A stretch of DNA of 64,000 bases from Candidatus Mediterraneibacter quadrami (GTDB lineage Bacteria > Bacillota > Clostridia > Lachnospirales > Lachnospiraceae). Within the stretch, counting starts at the first letter, position 1. The number at the start of each line of letters is the position of its first letter. The notes beneath the pieces were generated by a model. The model was not told the DNA's origin. It worked only from the letters and a program-made list of their open reading frames with translations, and searched no databases. The stretch is from positions 11,877-75,876 of the forward strand of contig DWUU01000035.1 of assembly GCA_019120575.1 (NCBI GenBank). Direction: 5' to 3'. The translations under genes and the position numbers were made by a program. Positions 8,710 through 18,188 of this stretch are shown piece after piece.

Positions 8710-10344
8710 TTAGTCGTCTTCCTCTGTCTGTACGGAATAGGTCTGTCTCTTTCTCGCCATCTCGTCGCTTTCCAGATATTCATCATAGGTGGTGATCTTG
8801 TCGATCAGGTGTCCGCCCGGGACGATCTCCATGATCCGGTTCGCGGTGGTCTGGACGATCTGATGGTCTCTGGAAGTGAAGAGCAGTACGCCCGGGAATT
8901 TGATCATTCCGTTGTTGAGGGCGGTGATGGCCTCCATGTCCAGATGGTTGGTCGGCTCGTCCAGAAGCAGCACGTTCGCTCCGGAGATCATCATCTTGGA
9001 GAGCAGGCAGCGGACTTTCTCCCCGCCGGAGAGCACTTTCAGTTTCTTCACGCCGTCCTCGCCGGAGAAGAGCATACGGCCCAGGAAGCCGCGGACATAG
9101 GTGACGTCCTTTTCTTCCGAATACTGGGTGAGCCACTCGGTGATATTGTAGTCGCTGTCGAACTCTCCGCCGAAATCCTTCGGGAAGTAAGCCTGGGATG
9201 TGGTGACGCCCCATTTGTAAGTTCCCTCGTCCGGCTCCATCTCGCCGATGAGGATCTTGAAGAGCACGGTCTTGGCCAGCTCGTTGCCGCCCACGAATGC
9301 GACCTTGTCGTCGTGTCTCAGGGTGAAGCTGATGTTGTCCAGGATCTTCTCGCCGTCGATGGTCTTTGACAGGCCCTCAACTGTGAGGACCTCATTTCCG
9401 ATCTCGCGGTTCGGGCGGAAGTCGATGTAAGGGTACTTCCGGCTGGACGGCTTGATCTCGTCGAGCTGGATCTTCTCCAGCGCACGCTTTCTGGAAGTCG
9501 CCTGTTTGGACTTGGAAGCGTTGGCGCTGAACCGGGAGATGAACTCCTGCAGTTCTTTGATCTTTTCTTCTTTCTTCTTGTTCGCCTCTTTCATCTGGCG
9601 GATCAGCAGCTGGCTGGACTCGTACCAGAAGTCGTAGTTTCCGGCGTAGAGCTGGATCTTGCCGTAATCGATATCCGCGATCTGCGTACATACTTTATTT
9701 AAGAAGTAACGGTCATGGGAAACCACGATCACGGTATTGTCAAAGTTGATCAGGAATTCCTCGAGCCATGCGATGGCGTCCAGGTCCAGATGGTTGGTCG
9801 GCTCGTCCAGGAGCAGGATGTCCGGGTTGCCGAACAGCGCCTGTGCCAACAGGACTTTGACCTTCTCCGGTCCGGTCAGATCCTTTATATATTTATAATG
9901 AAGCTCTGTCTCGATGCCCAGGCCGTTCAGAAGAGAAGCCGCGTCGGACTCCGCCTCCCAGCCGTTCATGGTGGCGAATTCCGCCTCCAGCTCGCTGGCT
10001 TTGATGCCGTCCTCGTCGGTGAAGTCCTCTTTGGCGTAGATGACCTCTTTCTCCTTCATGATCTCATAGAGTCTCGCATTTCCCATGATAACGGTGTCGA
10101 GTACCGGATATTCGTCATATTTAAAATGATCCTGCTGCAGGAAAGAAAGCCGCTCGCCCGGTGTAATGGCGATCTCGCCCTTCGTCGGCTCAAGCTGGCC
10201 GGAAAGGATCTTCAGGAATGTGGATTTTCCCGCGCCGTTGGCGCCGATGAGGCCGTAGCAGTTGCCCTCGGTAAACTTGATATTCACGTCTTCAAAAAGC
10301 GCCTTTTTTCCTACGCGCAGCGTCACGTTGTTTGCACTGATCAT
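8710..10344 (-). CDS. ABC-F family ribosome-associated ATPase (YbiT/YkpA-like)
   Basis: Two ABC domains (GANGAGKST; LLLDEPTNHLD twice; LSGGEK) with an interdomain linker and no TM segments. Confidence 0.93.
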   Translation of the reverse strand: MISANNVTLRVGKKALFEDVNIKFTEGNCYGLIGANGAGKSTFLKILSGQLEPTKGEIAITPGERLSFLQQDHFKYDEYPVLDTVIMGNARLYEIMKEKEVIYAKEDFTDEDGIKASELEAEFATMNGWEAESDAASLLNGLGIETELHYKYIKDLTGPEKVKVLLAQALFGNPDILLLDEPTNHLDLDAIAWLEEFLINFDNTVIVVSHDRYFLNKVCTQIADIDYGKIQLYAGNYDFWYESSQLLIRQMKEANKKKEEKIKELQEFISRFSANASKSKQATSRKRALEKIQLDEIKPSSRKYPYIDFRPNREIGNEVLTVEGLSKTIDGEKILDNISFTLRHDDKVAFVGGNELAKTVLFKILIGEMEPDEGTYKWGVTTSQAYFPKDFGGEFDSDYNITEWLTQYSEEKDVTYVRGFLGRMLFSGEDGVKKLKVLSGGEKVRCLLSKMMISGANVLLLDEPTNHLDMEAITALNNGMIKFPGVLLFTSRDHQIVQTTANRIMEIVPGGHLIDKITTYDEYLESDEMARKRQTYSVQTEEDD

Positions 10345-10498
10345 ACTGATCTCTCCTTATAATAAAATAAAATATAAAACTCATAGCGCACCAACGCCTA
10401 TATTACCATGAAAATATACCAAAAGGCAAGGGGTTTCCGAACACATAAAAAAGGGGTATAATGTACCCATAACAGTTCAATAGAAAGAGGTAATTAGA

Positions 10499-11362
10499 AT
10501 GTCGATAGAGAGAGCAACACTTGTGCTGGAGGGCGGCGCCACCCGCGGCGTCTTCACCTCCGGCGTGCTGGATTATCTGATGGATCAGGACCTGTACATG
10601 TCCCATGTGATCGGGGTATCGGCGGGCGCCTGCAACGCCGTGGATTATGTGTCGAAGCAGCCGCGGCGGACCCGGGACTGTATGATTCCCGAGGACCGGG
10701 AGAACAGTTATTATTACGGCATCCGGGAATTTGTGAAAGAGAAGAGCGTGATGAACATGGATCTGATCTTTGACAAATATCCGAATGAACTGATCCCCTT
10801 TGATTTTGACACATATTTTGATTCAGAGATCCACTGTGAGCTGGTGACGACTAACTGCATCACAGGGAAAGCCGAATATATGACGGAAGACCATGACCGG
10901 GACCGGCTCATGAAGATCTGCCGGGCGTCCTGCAGCATGCCGCTCCTTACGCCCATCGTCAATGTGGACGGAACACCCTATCTGGACGGCGGACTGGCGG
11001 ATTCGGTGCCCCTTGGGCGGGCCCGGAAGCTGGGTAATAAGAAGATTGTGATCGTCCTGACCAAGAATCAGGGATACCGGAAGAAAGTCGTATCCCCGGC
11101 GCTCCAGCGGGTATATAAGCGGGCGTACAAGTCTTATCCGAACCTGGTCCGGACCATATTCCGGAGGAGTTTTGAATACAATAAACTGATGAATCATATC
11201 GACCAGCTGGAGAAGGCGGGGAAGATCTTCGTGATCCGTCCCCAGGTGAAGCCGGTTTCCAGGCTGGAGCGCAATAAAGAGTCGCTGGAGGCATTCTACG
11301 AACACGGATATCAGCATATGGAAGAACGGATGGATGAACTCCGGGCATTCCTGAGGGCATAG
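10499..11362 (+). CDS. patatin-like phospholipase
   Basis: LEGGATRG, GVSAG, DGG motifs. Confidence 0.92.
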   Translation: MSIERATLVLEGGATRGVFTSGVLDYLMDQDLYMSHVIGVSAGACNAVDYVSKQPRRTRDCMIPEDRENSYYYGIREFVKEKSVMNMDLIFDKYPNELIPFDFDTYFDSEIHCELVTTNCITGKAEYMTEDHDRDRLMKICRASCSMPLLTPIVNVDGTPYLDGGLADSVPLGRARKLGNKKIVIVLTKNQGYRKKVVSPALQRVYKRAYKSYPNLVRTIFRRSFEYNKLMNHIDQLEKAGKIFVIRPQVKPVSRLERNKESLEAFYEHGYQHMEERMDELRAFLRA

Positions 11363-11391
11363 AACGCTGAAAATAAAGGAGAAAAGACAGG

Positions 11392-13512
11392 ATGGGGAAA
11401 CAGGAGATACTTGATTACACGCAGAACCGGGAGCTCTCATGGCTCCGGTTTAACCAGAGGGTGCTGGAGGAGGCGCGGGATGAGACGGTGCCGCTCATGG
11501 AGCGGATGAAGTTCGTCGCCATCTTCACCAGCAACCTGGATGAATTTTTCATGATCCGCGTGGGAAGCCTCTACGACATGGCGGCGGCGGACAATAAGAA
11601 GCTGGATATCCGGTCCGGCATGACGGCGGGCCAGCAGCTGGGCGCCATCTATGCGGCCGTGGCGCCCCTTTACAAGGAGCGGGACAAGACTTACGCGGAG
11701 ATCAAGAAACAGCTGAAGCCCTACGGGGTGTGTGGGCTGGATCTGAAGGATCTGGAACAGCAGGAGAAGAAGTATGTGAAGAAATATTTCAAAGAACAGG
11801 TGCTGCCGGTCCTTTCCCCGCAGATCATTGACGCCAATCATCCGTTCCCCCACCTGGTCAGCAAAGAGATCTATGTGGTGGCCAATCTGAAACAGAACAA
11901 TAAGACCATGATGGGGATCGTGCCGGTTCCGGAATACATTTCCGACGTCCTTTATCTTCCGGGCCATGACATCCGCTACATCCGCATGGAGAAAGTGATC
12001 ATGGAGTATCTGGATCTGGTGTTTGACCGGTATGAGGTGTCGGATAAGAACTATATCTGCGTGACCCGCAACGCCGACATCTCCCCGGACGACGAGGCCT
12101 ATGCGGACCACGATGATTTCCGTTATGTCATGAAGGAGACGCTTCACAAACGGAGAAGGATGGCGGTTGTGCGTCTGGAGACGGCCGCTCCCCTGGGCAA
12201 AGAGATGGAGAAATATTTCTGCAGCCGGTTTAAGATCACGCCGCAGTGCATTTTCCGGACGAAGGTGCCCATGAAGCTGGGGTTCATTTTTGCCATCGCT
12301 GACAAACTGCCGGAGTCCATGAAGCGCGCGCTTACGGATGAACCGTTCAGTCCGCAGCCTTCATCCGCCCTGGCGGAGGGCAGCGTGATGGAACAGGTGA
12401 AGCATAAGGACGTGCTGCTTTCATTTCCCTACGAGAGCATGGATCCGTTCCTGCAGCTGATCCGTGAGGCGGCGTCCGATCCGGATGTGATGACCATCAG
12501 GATCACCATCTACCGGCTGGCGAAAAAGGCCAGGCTGGTGGAATACCTGTGCGCCGCTGCCGAGAACGGCAAGGAAGTGACGGCGCTGATCGAGCTTCGG
12601 GCGCGGTTTGACGAGCAGAATAATATCGAATGGTCGGAGCGCATGGAAGAGGCGGGCTGCCGGGTCCTGTACGGATTCGAGGACTACAAGGTTCACTCCA
12701 AACTCTGCCTGATCACATACCGGAATAAAAATGAGATCCGCTACATTACCCAGGTGGGAACCGGAAACTATAATGAAAAGACCGCGAAAATGTACACCGA
12801 TTATTCGCTTATTACCGCCAACCAGGAGATCGGGGAGGATGCGGCGGTATTTTTCAAAAATATGTCCATCGGCAATCTGGACGGGGTCTATAATCATCTG
12901 ATCGTATCGCCCACCAGTCTGAAGCAGAAGGTCCTGTCCCTCATCGATGAGGAGATCCTTAAAGGTGATCAGGGGCGGGTGCTGATGAAAATGAATTCGC
13001 TGACGGATATGGATTTTATCCGCAAGGTATCGGAGGCGTCCAACGCCGGCGTGAAGGTGGATCTGATCGTGCGCGGGATCTGCTGCATCCTTCCGGGGAT
13101 CCCGGGACGGACGGAGAATGTGAGCGTGACGAGCATTGTGGGCCGGTATCTGGAGCATCCGAGGGTGTTCGTGTTCGGCCGGGGGAGCGAGGCGAAAGTC
13201 TACATCGGATCGGCCGATATGATGACCCGGAATACCGAGAACCGGGTGGAAGTGGCCTGCCCGGTCTTCGATCCGGAGATCCGCAGGAAGCTGATCCATG
13301 ATCTGAACATTATGCTTTCAGATAATGTAAAGGCAAGAAAGATGCTGAGCGACGGTACATACCGGAAAGTAACCCGGGGGCCGGAACCGGTCAACGCCCA
13401 GGCTGCATTTATGAAAGAGGCGCTGAATGCGAGAAGACCTTCCGCAGCGGCGGGGACAAAAGAGAAACCGTCCCTTTTAAGCCGGCTGCTTGGCATATTC
13501 AGAAAGAGATAA
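11392..13512 (+). CDS. ppk1: polyphosphate kinase 1
   Basis: NRELSWLRFNQRVL, SNLDEFFMIRV, HPFP, ELRARFDE.NN, KVHSK, GTGNYNE, GRYLEH, SADMM.RN. Confidence 0.97.
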   Translation: MGKQEILDYTQNRELSWLRFNQRVLEEARDETVPLMERMKFVAIFTSNLDEFFMIRVGSLYDMAAADNKKLDIRSGMTAGQQLGAIYAAVAPLYKERDKTYAEIKKQLKPYGVCGLDLKDLEQQEKKYVKKYFKEQVLPVLSPQIIDANHPFPHLVSKEIYVVANLKQNNKTMMGIVPVPEYISDVLYLPGHDIRYIRMEKVIMEYLDLVFDRYEVSDKNYICVTRNADISPDDEAYADHDDFRYVMKETLHKRRRMAVVRLETAAPLGKEMEKYFCSRFKITPQCIFRTKVPMKLGFIFAIADKLPESMKRALTDEPFSPQPSSALAEGSVMEQVKHKDVLLSFPYESMDPFLQLIREAASDPDVMTIRITIYRLAKKARLVEYLCAAAENGKEVTALIELRARFDEQNNIEWSERMEEAGCRVLYGFEDYKVHSKLCLITYRNKNEIRYITQVGTGNYNEKTAKMYTDYSLITANQEIGEDAAVFFKNMSIGNLDGVYNHLIVSPTSLKQKVLSLIDEEILKGDQGRVLMKMNSLTDMDFIRKVSEASNAGVKVDLIVRGICCILPGIPGRTENVSVTSIVGRYLEHPRVFVFGRGSEAKVYIGSADMMTRNTENRVEVACPVFDPEIRRKLIHDLNIMLSDNVKARKMLSDGTYRKVTRGPEPVNAQAAFMKEALNARRPSAAAGTKEKPSLLSRLLGIFRKR

Positions 13513-13523
13513 AAGGAGAAGAA

Positions 13524-14576
13524 ATGATGGAGAATCAGACAGTAACAGCATTCGGAATGACGAAAGACGGGAAAGAGGCGCAGCTCTGTCTGCTGAAGAA
13601 CAGCAAAGGTCTGAAGGCGTATGTGTCGGACTTCGGGGCGACGCTGGTGCGCCTGTTCGTCCCGGACAGAGACGGGAACATGACGGACGTGGTGCTCGGA
13701 TATGACGATGCCGCAGGATATGAGCGCGGCATGGCGGGAATCGGGGCCACTGTCGGCAGAAATGCAAACCGGATCGGCGGGGCGTCGGTTGAGATCAACG
13801 GCGCAACCTATCCCCTCGAAAAAAATGACAACGGGAAAAACAATCTTCACAGCGGCCCGGATGTTTATCAGAAGCGGATCTGGGAGGTGGAAGACCGCGC
13901 GGACAACCGGATCACCTTCCTGCTCCACAGCCCGGACGGCGATCAGGGATACCCGGGCGCCCTGGACATGCGTGTGACCTATGAGCTGGACGATGAGAAC
14001 GCGCTGAGCATCCATTACGAGGCGGCGCCGGACCAGGATACCGTCATTAATATGACGAACCACAGCTATTTCAACCTGAACGGACATAACAGCGGCTCCG
14101 TGCTGGAGCATAAAGTATGGCTCAATGCGGACAGCTTTACCCCGGCGGATGCAGAGTCCATCCCCACCGGCGAGATCCGTGGCGTTGCAGATACTCCGAT
14201 GGATTTCAGGACGGCGAAAGCGATCGGAAAAGAGATCGATGCGGATTACGAACCGCTGCGCTTCGGCGGCGGCTACGACCACAACTGGGTATTGAAAAAC
14301 AACGGCAGATTTGCTAAAGTAGCAGAAGTGACGTCAGAAAAAAGCGGGATCCGGATGGAAGTTTATACGGACCTTCCGGGCGTGCAGATGTACACTGCCA
14401 ACTTCCTTGACCACGAGCCGGGCAAGGACGGGGCGGTCTATGAGAAGCGAAGCGCGGTATGTCTGGAGACCCAGTACTATCCGGACGCCATCCATCATGA
14501 CAACTTCCCGTCCCCGGTGTGCAGGAAAGGCATGAAATACGACAGCCGCACGGCATACCGTTTCCTGACGGATTAA
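13524..14576 (+). CDS. galM: aldose 1-epimerase (galactose mutarotase)
   Basis: GATVGRNANRI, NNLHSG, GYPG, NMTNHSYFNL, GYDHNW, CLETQ. Confidence 0.95.
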   Translation: MMENQTVTAFGMTKDGKEAQLCLLKNSKGLKAYVSDFGATLVRLFVPDRDGNMTDVVLGYDDAAGYERGMAGIGATVGRNANRIGGASVEINGATYPLEKNDNGKNNLHSGPDVYQKRIWEVEDRADNRITFLLHSPDGDQGYPGALDMRVTYELDDENALSIHYEAAPDQDTVINMTNHSYFNLNGHNSGSVLEHKVWLNADSFTPADAESIPTGEIRGVADTPMDFRTAKAIGKEIDADYEPLRFGGGYDHNWVLKNNGRFAKVAEVTSEKSGIRMEVYTDLPGVQMYTANFLDHEPGKDGAVYEKRSAVCLETQYYPDAIHHDNFPSPVCRKGMKYDSRTAYRFLTD

Positions 14577-14604
14577 TAAGAAAAGAGAACAGAAACAGAC
14601 ATCT

Positions 14605-16683
14605 ATGGCAAAATCGGTATATATTGCGGAAAAGCCCAGCGTGGCGCAGGAATTCGCAAAAGCTTTAAAACTGAAGACAAGACGGGGCGACGGGTATCTG
14701 GAGTCCGATGAAGCCATCGTTACCTGGTGCGTGGGTCATCTGGTGACCATGAGCTATCCGGAAGCCTATGATCCGGCGCTGAAGAAATGGAATCTGCAGA
14801 CGCTTCCGTTTATCCCGGATGACTTTAAATACGAAGTGATCCCCGCCGTGGCAAAGCAGTTTAAGACGGTCAGCGGCATCCTGAACCGGAAAGATGTGGA
14901 TACGATCTACGTGTGCACCGACTCCGGACGGGAGGGAGAGTACATCTACCGCCTGGTCGAACAGGAAGCCCATGTGACCGGCAAGAAGCGGCGGCGCGTG
15001 TGGATCGATTCCCAGACGGAGGAAGAGATCCTGCGGGGGATCCGGGAGGCAAAGGACCTGTCGGAATACGACAATCTGAGCGCATCCGCTTATCTAAGGG
15101 CCAAAGAAGATTACCTGATGGGGATCAATTTCTCCCGTCTGCTGACGCTGAAGTACGGGAACAGCATTTCATCCTATCTGAAAACGAAATACGCCGTCAT
15201 ATCCGTGGGGCGCGTTATGACCTGCGTGCTCGGCATGGTGGTGCGCAGGGAACGGGAGATCCGGGAGTTTGAGAAGACACCTTTTTACCGGGTTATCAGT
15301 ACGGTCGATGCGTCCGGGCATACATTTGAAGGAGAGTGGCGGGCGGCGGCAGGCTCCCGGTACGCGGAGGTGAAAGACTCCGGCGAACTTCTCCTTGTGC
15401 CGGAGCTGTATAAAGAAAACGGGTTTAAGGAAGAGAAGGATGCCCGGGCGCTGATCGCGTATCTGTCGGAGGAGCAGCCTCTTTCCTGCCGGATCGAATC
15501 GGTGGAAAAGAAGAAAGAGAAGAAGAATCCGCCCCTCCTTTACAATCTGGCGGAGCTGCAGAATGACTGTTCCCGCCGGTTCAAGATCAGCCCCGATGAG
15601 ACGCTGCGGATCGTCCAGGAACTGTATGAGAAGAAGCTTGTGACCTATCCGAGGACGGATGCCAGAGTCCTGTCCACAGCGGTGGCAAAGGAGATCAGCC
15701 GGAACCTGAACGGCCTGTCGAAATACCCTATGGCCGGGCCGTATCTTCAGGACATCCTTCAGTTCGGAAGCCATAAGAACCTGGCAAAGACCCGCTATGT
15801 CAATGATAAGCAGATCACGGACCACTATGCCATCATTCCCACGGGACAGGGGCTTGCGGCGCTGAATTCGGTATCTGCGACCGCCCACCGGGTATATGAC
15901 CTGATCGTCAGACGGTTTTTAAGCATCTTTTATCCGCCGGCGGTGTACCAGAAAGTATCCATCGTTTCGAAGATGCGGGGCGAGAGCTTTTTCTCAAACT
16001 TTAAAGTGCTGGCGGAGGAAGGCTACCTGAAAGTGGCCGGCGTCCCGGGAAGCCGCGGGCAGAACGCTCCGGAAAATGAAGAAGCGGGAGCGCGGGATCA
16101 GGACAGTGCGGACCAGCCGTCGGATCAGGCGCTTTTCGAGGCGATAAAGACACTGAAAAAAGGCGACGTCCTTCCGGTTCGGTCGCTGGATATCAAAGAG
16201 GGGGAGACGTCCCCGCCGAAGCGCTATAATTCCGGTTCCATCATCCTGGCCATGGAAAATGCCGGGCAGCTTATAGAGGATGAAGAACTGCGGGCCCAGA
16301 TAAAGGGAAGCGGCATCGGAACCAGCGCCACAAGGGCGGAGATCCTGAAAAAACTGATCCACATTAAATATCTGGCGCTCAATAAGAAAACCCAGATCAT
16401 CACCCCGACCCTGCAAGGGGAGATGGTGTACGACGTGGTGGACAATTCCATCCGGTCCCTGCTGAATCCGGAACTGACGGCCAGCTGGGAAAAGGGGCTG
16501 ACCTATGTGGCGGAGGGAACCATTACATCAGACGAATATATGAAGAAGCTTGACGACTTCATCACCCGGAGAACGGTGGGGGTCAAAGGGTTCAACAATC
16601 AGTATCAGTTAAGAGCCTGCTACGACAGGGCGGCGGGTTTTTATAAAAAGGGCCGGAAGAAGACCGGCGGAAAGGAAGAATAA
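14605..16683 (+). CDS. topB: DNA topoisomerase III (type IA)
   Basis: IAEKPSVA, GHL, TD.GREGE, GRV.T, catalytic TYPRTD, GIGT.ATRA. Confidence 0.92.
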   Translation: MAKSVYIAEKPSVAQEFAKALKLKTRRGDGYLESDEAIVTWCVGHLVTMSYPEAYDPALKKWNLQTLPFIPDDFKYEVIPAVAKQFKTVSGILNRKDVDTIYVCTDSGREGEYIYRLVEQEAHVTGKKRRRVWIDSQTEEEILRGIREAKDLSEYDNLSASAYLRAKEDYLMGINFSRLLTLKYGNSISSYLKTKYAVISVGRVMTCVLGMVVRREREIREFEKTPFYRVISTVDASGHTFEGEWRAAAGSRYAEVKDSGELLLVPELYKENGFKEEKDARALIAYLSEEQPLSCRIESVEKKKEKKNPPLLYNLAELQNDCSRRFKISPDETLRIVQELYEKKLVTYPRTDARVLSTAVAKEISRNLNGLSKYPMAGPYLQDILQFGSHKNLAKTRYVNDKQITDHYAIIPTGQGLAALNSVSATAHRVYDLIVRRFLSIFYPPAVYQKVSIVSKMRGESFFSNFKVLAEEGYLKVAGVPGSRGQNAPENEEAGARDQDSADQPSDQALFEAIKTLKKGDVLPVRSLDIKEGETSPPKRYNSGSIILAMENAGQLIEDEELRAQIKGSGIGTSATRAEILKKLIHIKYLALNKKTQIITPTLQGEMVYDVVDNSIRSLLNPELTASWEKGLTYVAEGTITSDEYMKKLDDFITRRTVGVKGFNNQYQLRACYDRAAGFYKKGRKKTGGKEE

Positions 16684-16686
16684 GAA

Positions 16687-17367
16687 ATGGAGACATTAAC
16701 AGCACTTACAGTGAAGGAACTTTATACACTTGATGAGACGATCGCAAAGGACATTTTCGAGGGTGTGACCTACCCGTGGGAAGTCCTGCCGAAGATCAGC
16801 GCGTTCATCGTCGAACTGGGGAATACGCTCAGTGAAGAAGAATACGAGAAGCGCGGGGAGAATGTCTGGGTCGCAAAGTCCGCCAAAGTTGCACCGACTG
16901 CATTTATCAACGGGCCGGCGATCATCGGCAAAGAAGCGGAAGTGCGCCACTGTGCATTTATCCGCGGCAATGCGATCGTGGGCGAGGGCGCGGTCGTAGG
17001 AAACTCCACAGAGCTCAAAAACGTGATCCTGTTCAATAAGGTGCAGGTTCCCCATTACAATTACGTCGGCGATTCAATTCTCGGGTATAAGTCCCACATG
17101 GGTGCCGGATCCATTACATCCAACGTAAAATCCGACAAGAAGCTGGTTGTCGTAAAGACGCCGGACGGAAATATTGAAACCGGAATGAAGAAATTCGGCG
17201 CCATGCTCGGCGATGAAGTCGAGGTGGGATGCGGAAGCGTCCTGAACCCGGGAACGGTGGTCGGAAGCCACAGCAACATCTATCCGCTCTCCTCGGTGCG
17301 CGGGTTTGTGCCGGGAAACAGCATTTATAAAAAGCAGGGCGAAGTTGTGGAGAAGATGAAATCTTAA
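16687..17367 (+). CDS. hexapeptide-repeat (LbH) acyltransferase, similar to the GlmU C-terminal domain
   Basis: Hexapeptide repeats, GNSTELKN, HYNYVGDSILG, GAGSITSN, KFGAMLGD. No NTP-transferase N-domain. Confidence 0.85.
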   Translation: METLTALTVKELYTLDETIAKDIFEGVTYPWEVLPKISAFIVELGNTLSEEEYEKRGENVWVAKSAKVAPTAFINGPAIIGKEAEVRHCAFIRGNAIVGEGAVVGNSTELKNVILFNKVQVPHYNYVGDSILGYKSHMGAGSITSNVKSDKKLVVVKTPDGNIETGMKKFGAMLGDEVEVGCGSVLNPGTVVGSHSNIYPLSSVRGFVPGNSIYKKQGEVVEKMKS

Positions 17368-17414
17368 CAAAAAATTAAACAGAAATAGAATTGACAAACA
17401 GATGGATATCCTGT

Positions 17415-17444
17415 ATCTTTGTATTAAACCAATAATACAAAGAT
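17415..17444. promoter_or_regulatory. palindromic operator (YtrA/GntR-type) overlapping the ABC operon promoter
   Basis: Perfect 12-bp IR ATCTTTGTATTA-aaccaa-TAATACAAAGAT. TTGACA at 17391 with a -10 candidate TATCTT 17 nt downstream. Confidence 0.7.
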
Positions 17445-17489
17445 GCGGGATTTTTTTACCGGTAAAATTTCCCGCAGACAGGAGGATAT

Positions 17490-18188
17490 ATGCTGGAAAT
17501 ACAGGATCTGAGTAAGAATTACGGAAAAAATCAAGCCGTGGACCATGTGACATTTACGGTCCCGGACGGACAGGTGGGGATCCTGCTGGGACCGAACGGC
17601 GCCGGAAAATCCACCATCATCAAGAGCATTGCCGGGCTTCTCCGCTATAAGGGGATGATCCGGATCCAGGGGATGCCGGCCCGGTCGCTGGAGGCGAAGA
17701 AGGTCTTTGCCTATGTGCCGGAGATCCCGAATATGTTTGACGCCCTGACGGTCCGGGAACACATCGAATATGTGCGGATGGCGTACGGCAGCGATATCAC
17801 CGATGAGGAAGTGACCGAGATCCTGCGGGATTTTGAGATGGAAGACAAGCAGGAGAAGCTGGGCAATGAACTGTCCAAGGGTATGATGCAGAAGGTGAGC
17901 ATCTGCTGCGCCCTGGCGGTCAAGCCGAAAGTGATCCTGCTGGACGAGCCCATGGTCGGACTGGATCCGGCGGCCATCCGGATGCTGAAGGAAGTGGTGC
18001 TCGAACTCAGGAGCCGTGGCGTCACCGTGCTCATCAGCACCCACATGCTGGAGATGGTGGAAGACCTCTGGGACGTTATGTTTGTCATGGAAAAGGGGCA
18101 TATCAAAGCGTCCTATACGAAAGCGGACGCGGAAGGACGGGATCTGGACGAACTGTTCTTCGCGGTGACAGGCGGTGAGAAAGAATGA
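17490..18188 (+). CDS. ABC exporter ATP-binding subunit
   Basis: GPNGAGKST, LSKGMMQK, LLDEP, STH. Confidence 0.93.
   Translation: MLEIQDLSKNYGKNQAVDHVTFTVPDGQVGILLGPNGAGKSTIIKSIAGLLRYKGMIRIQGMPARSLEAKKVFAYVPEIPNMFDALTVREHIEYVRMAYGSDITDEEVTEILRDFEMEDKQEKLGNELSKGMMQKVSICCALAVKPKVILLDEPMVGLDPAAIRMLKEVVLELRSRGVTVLISTHMLEMVEDLWDVMFVMEKGHIKASYTKADAEGRDLDELFFAVTGGEKE

Noticed and set aside
14605-16683. topB as a marker of a conjugative element
   Set aside because: It sits in a housekeeping run (ppk1-galM-topB) with host-like codon usage and no conjugation genes.
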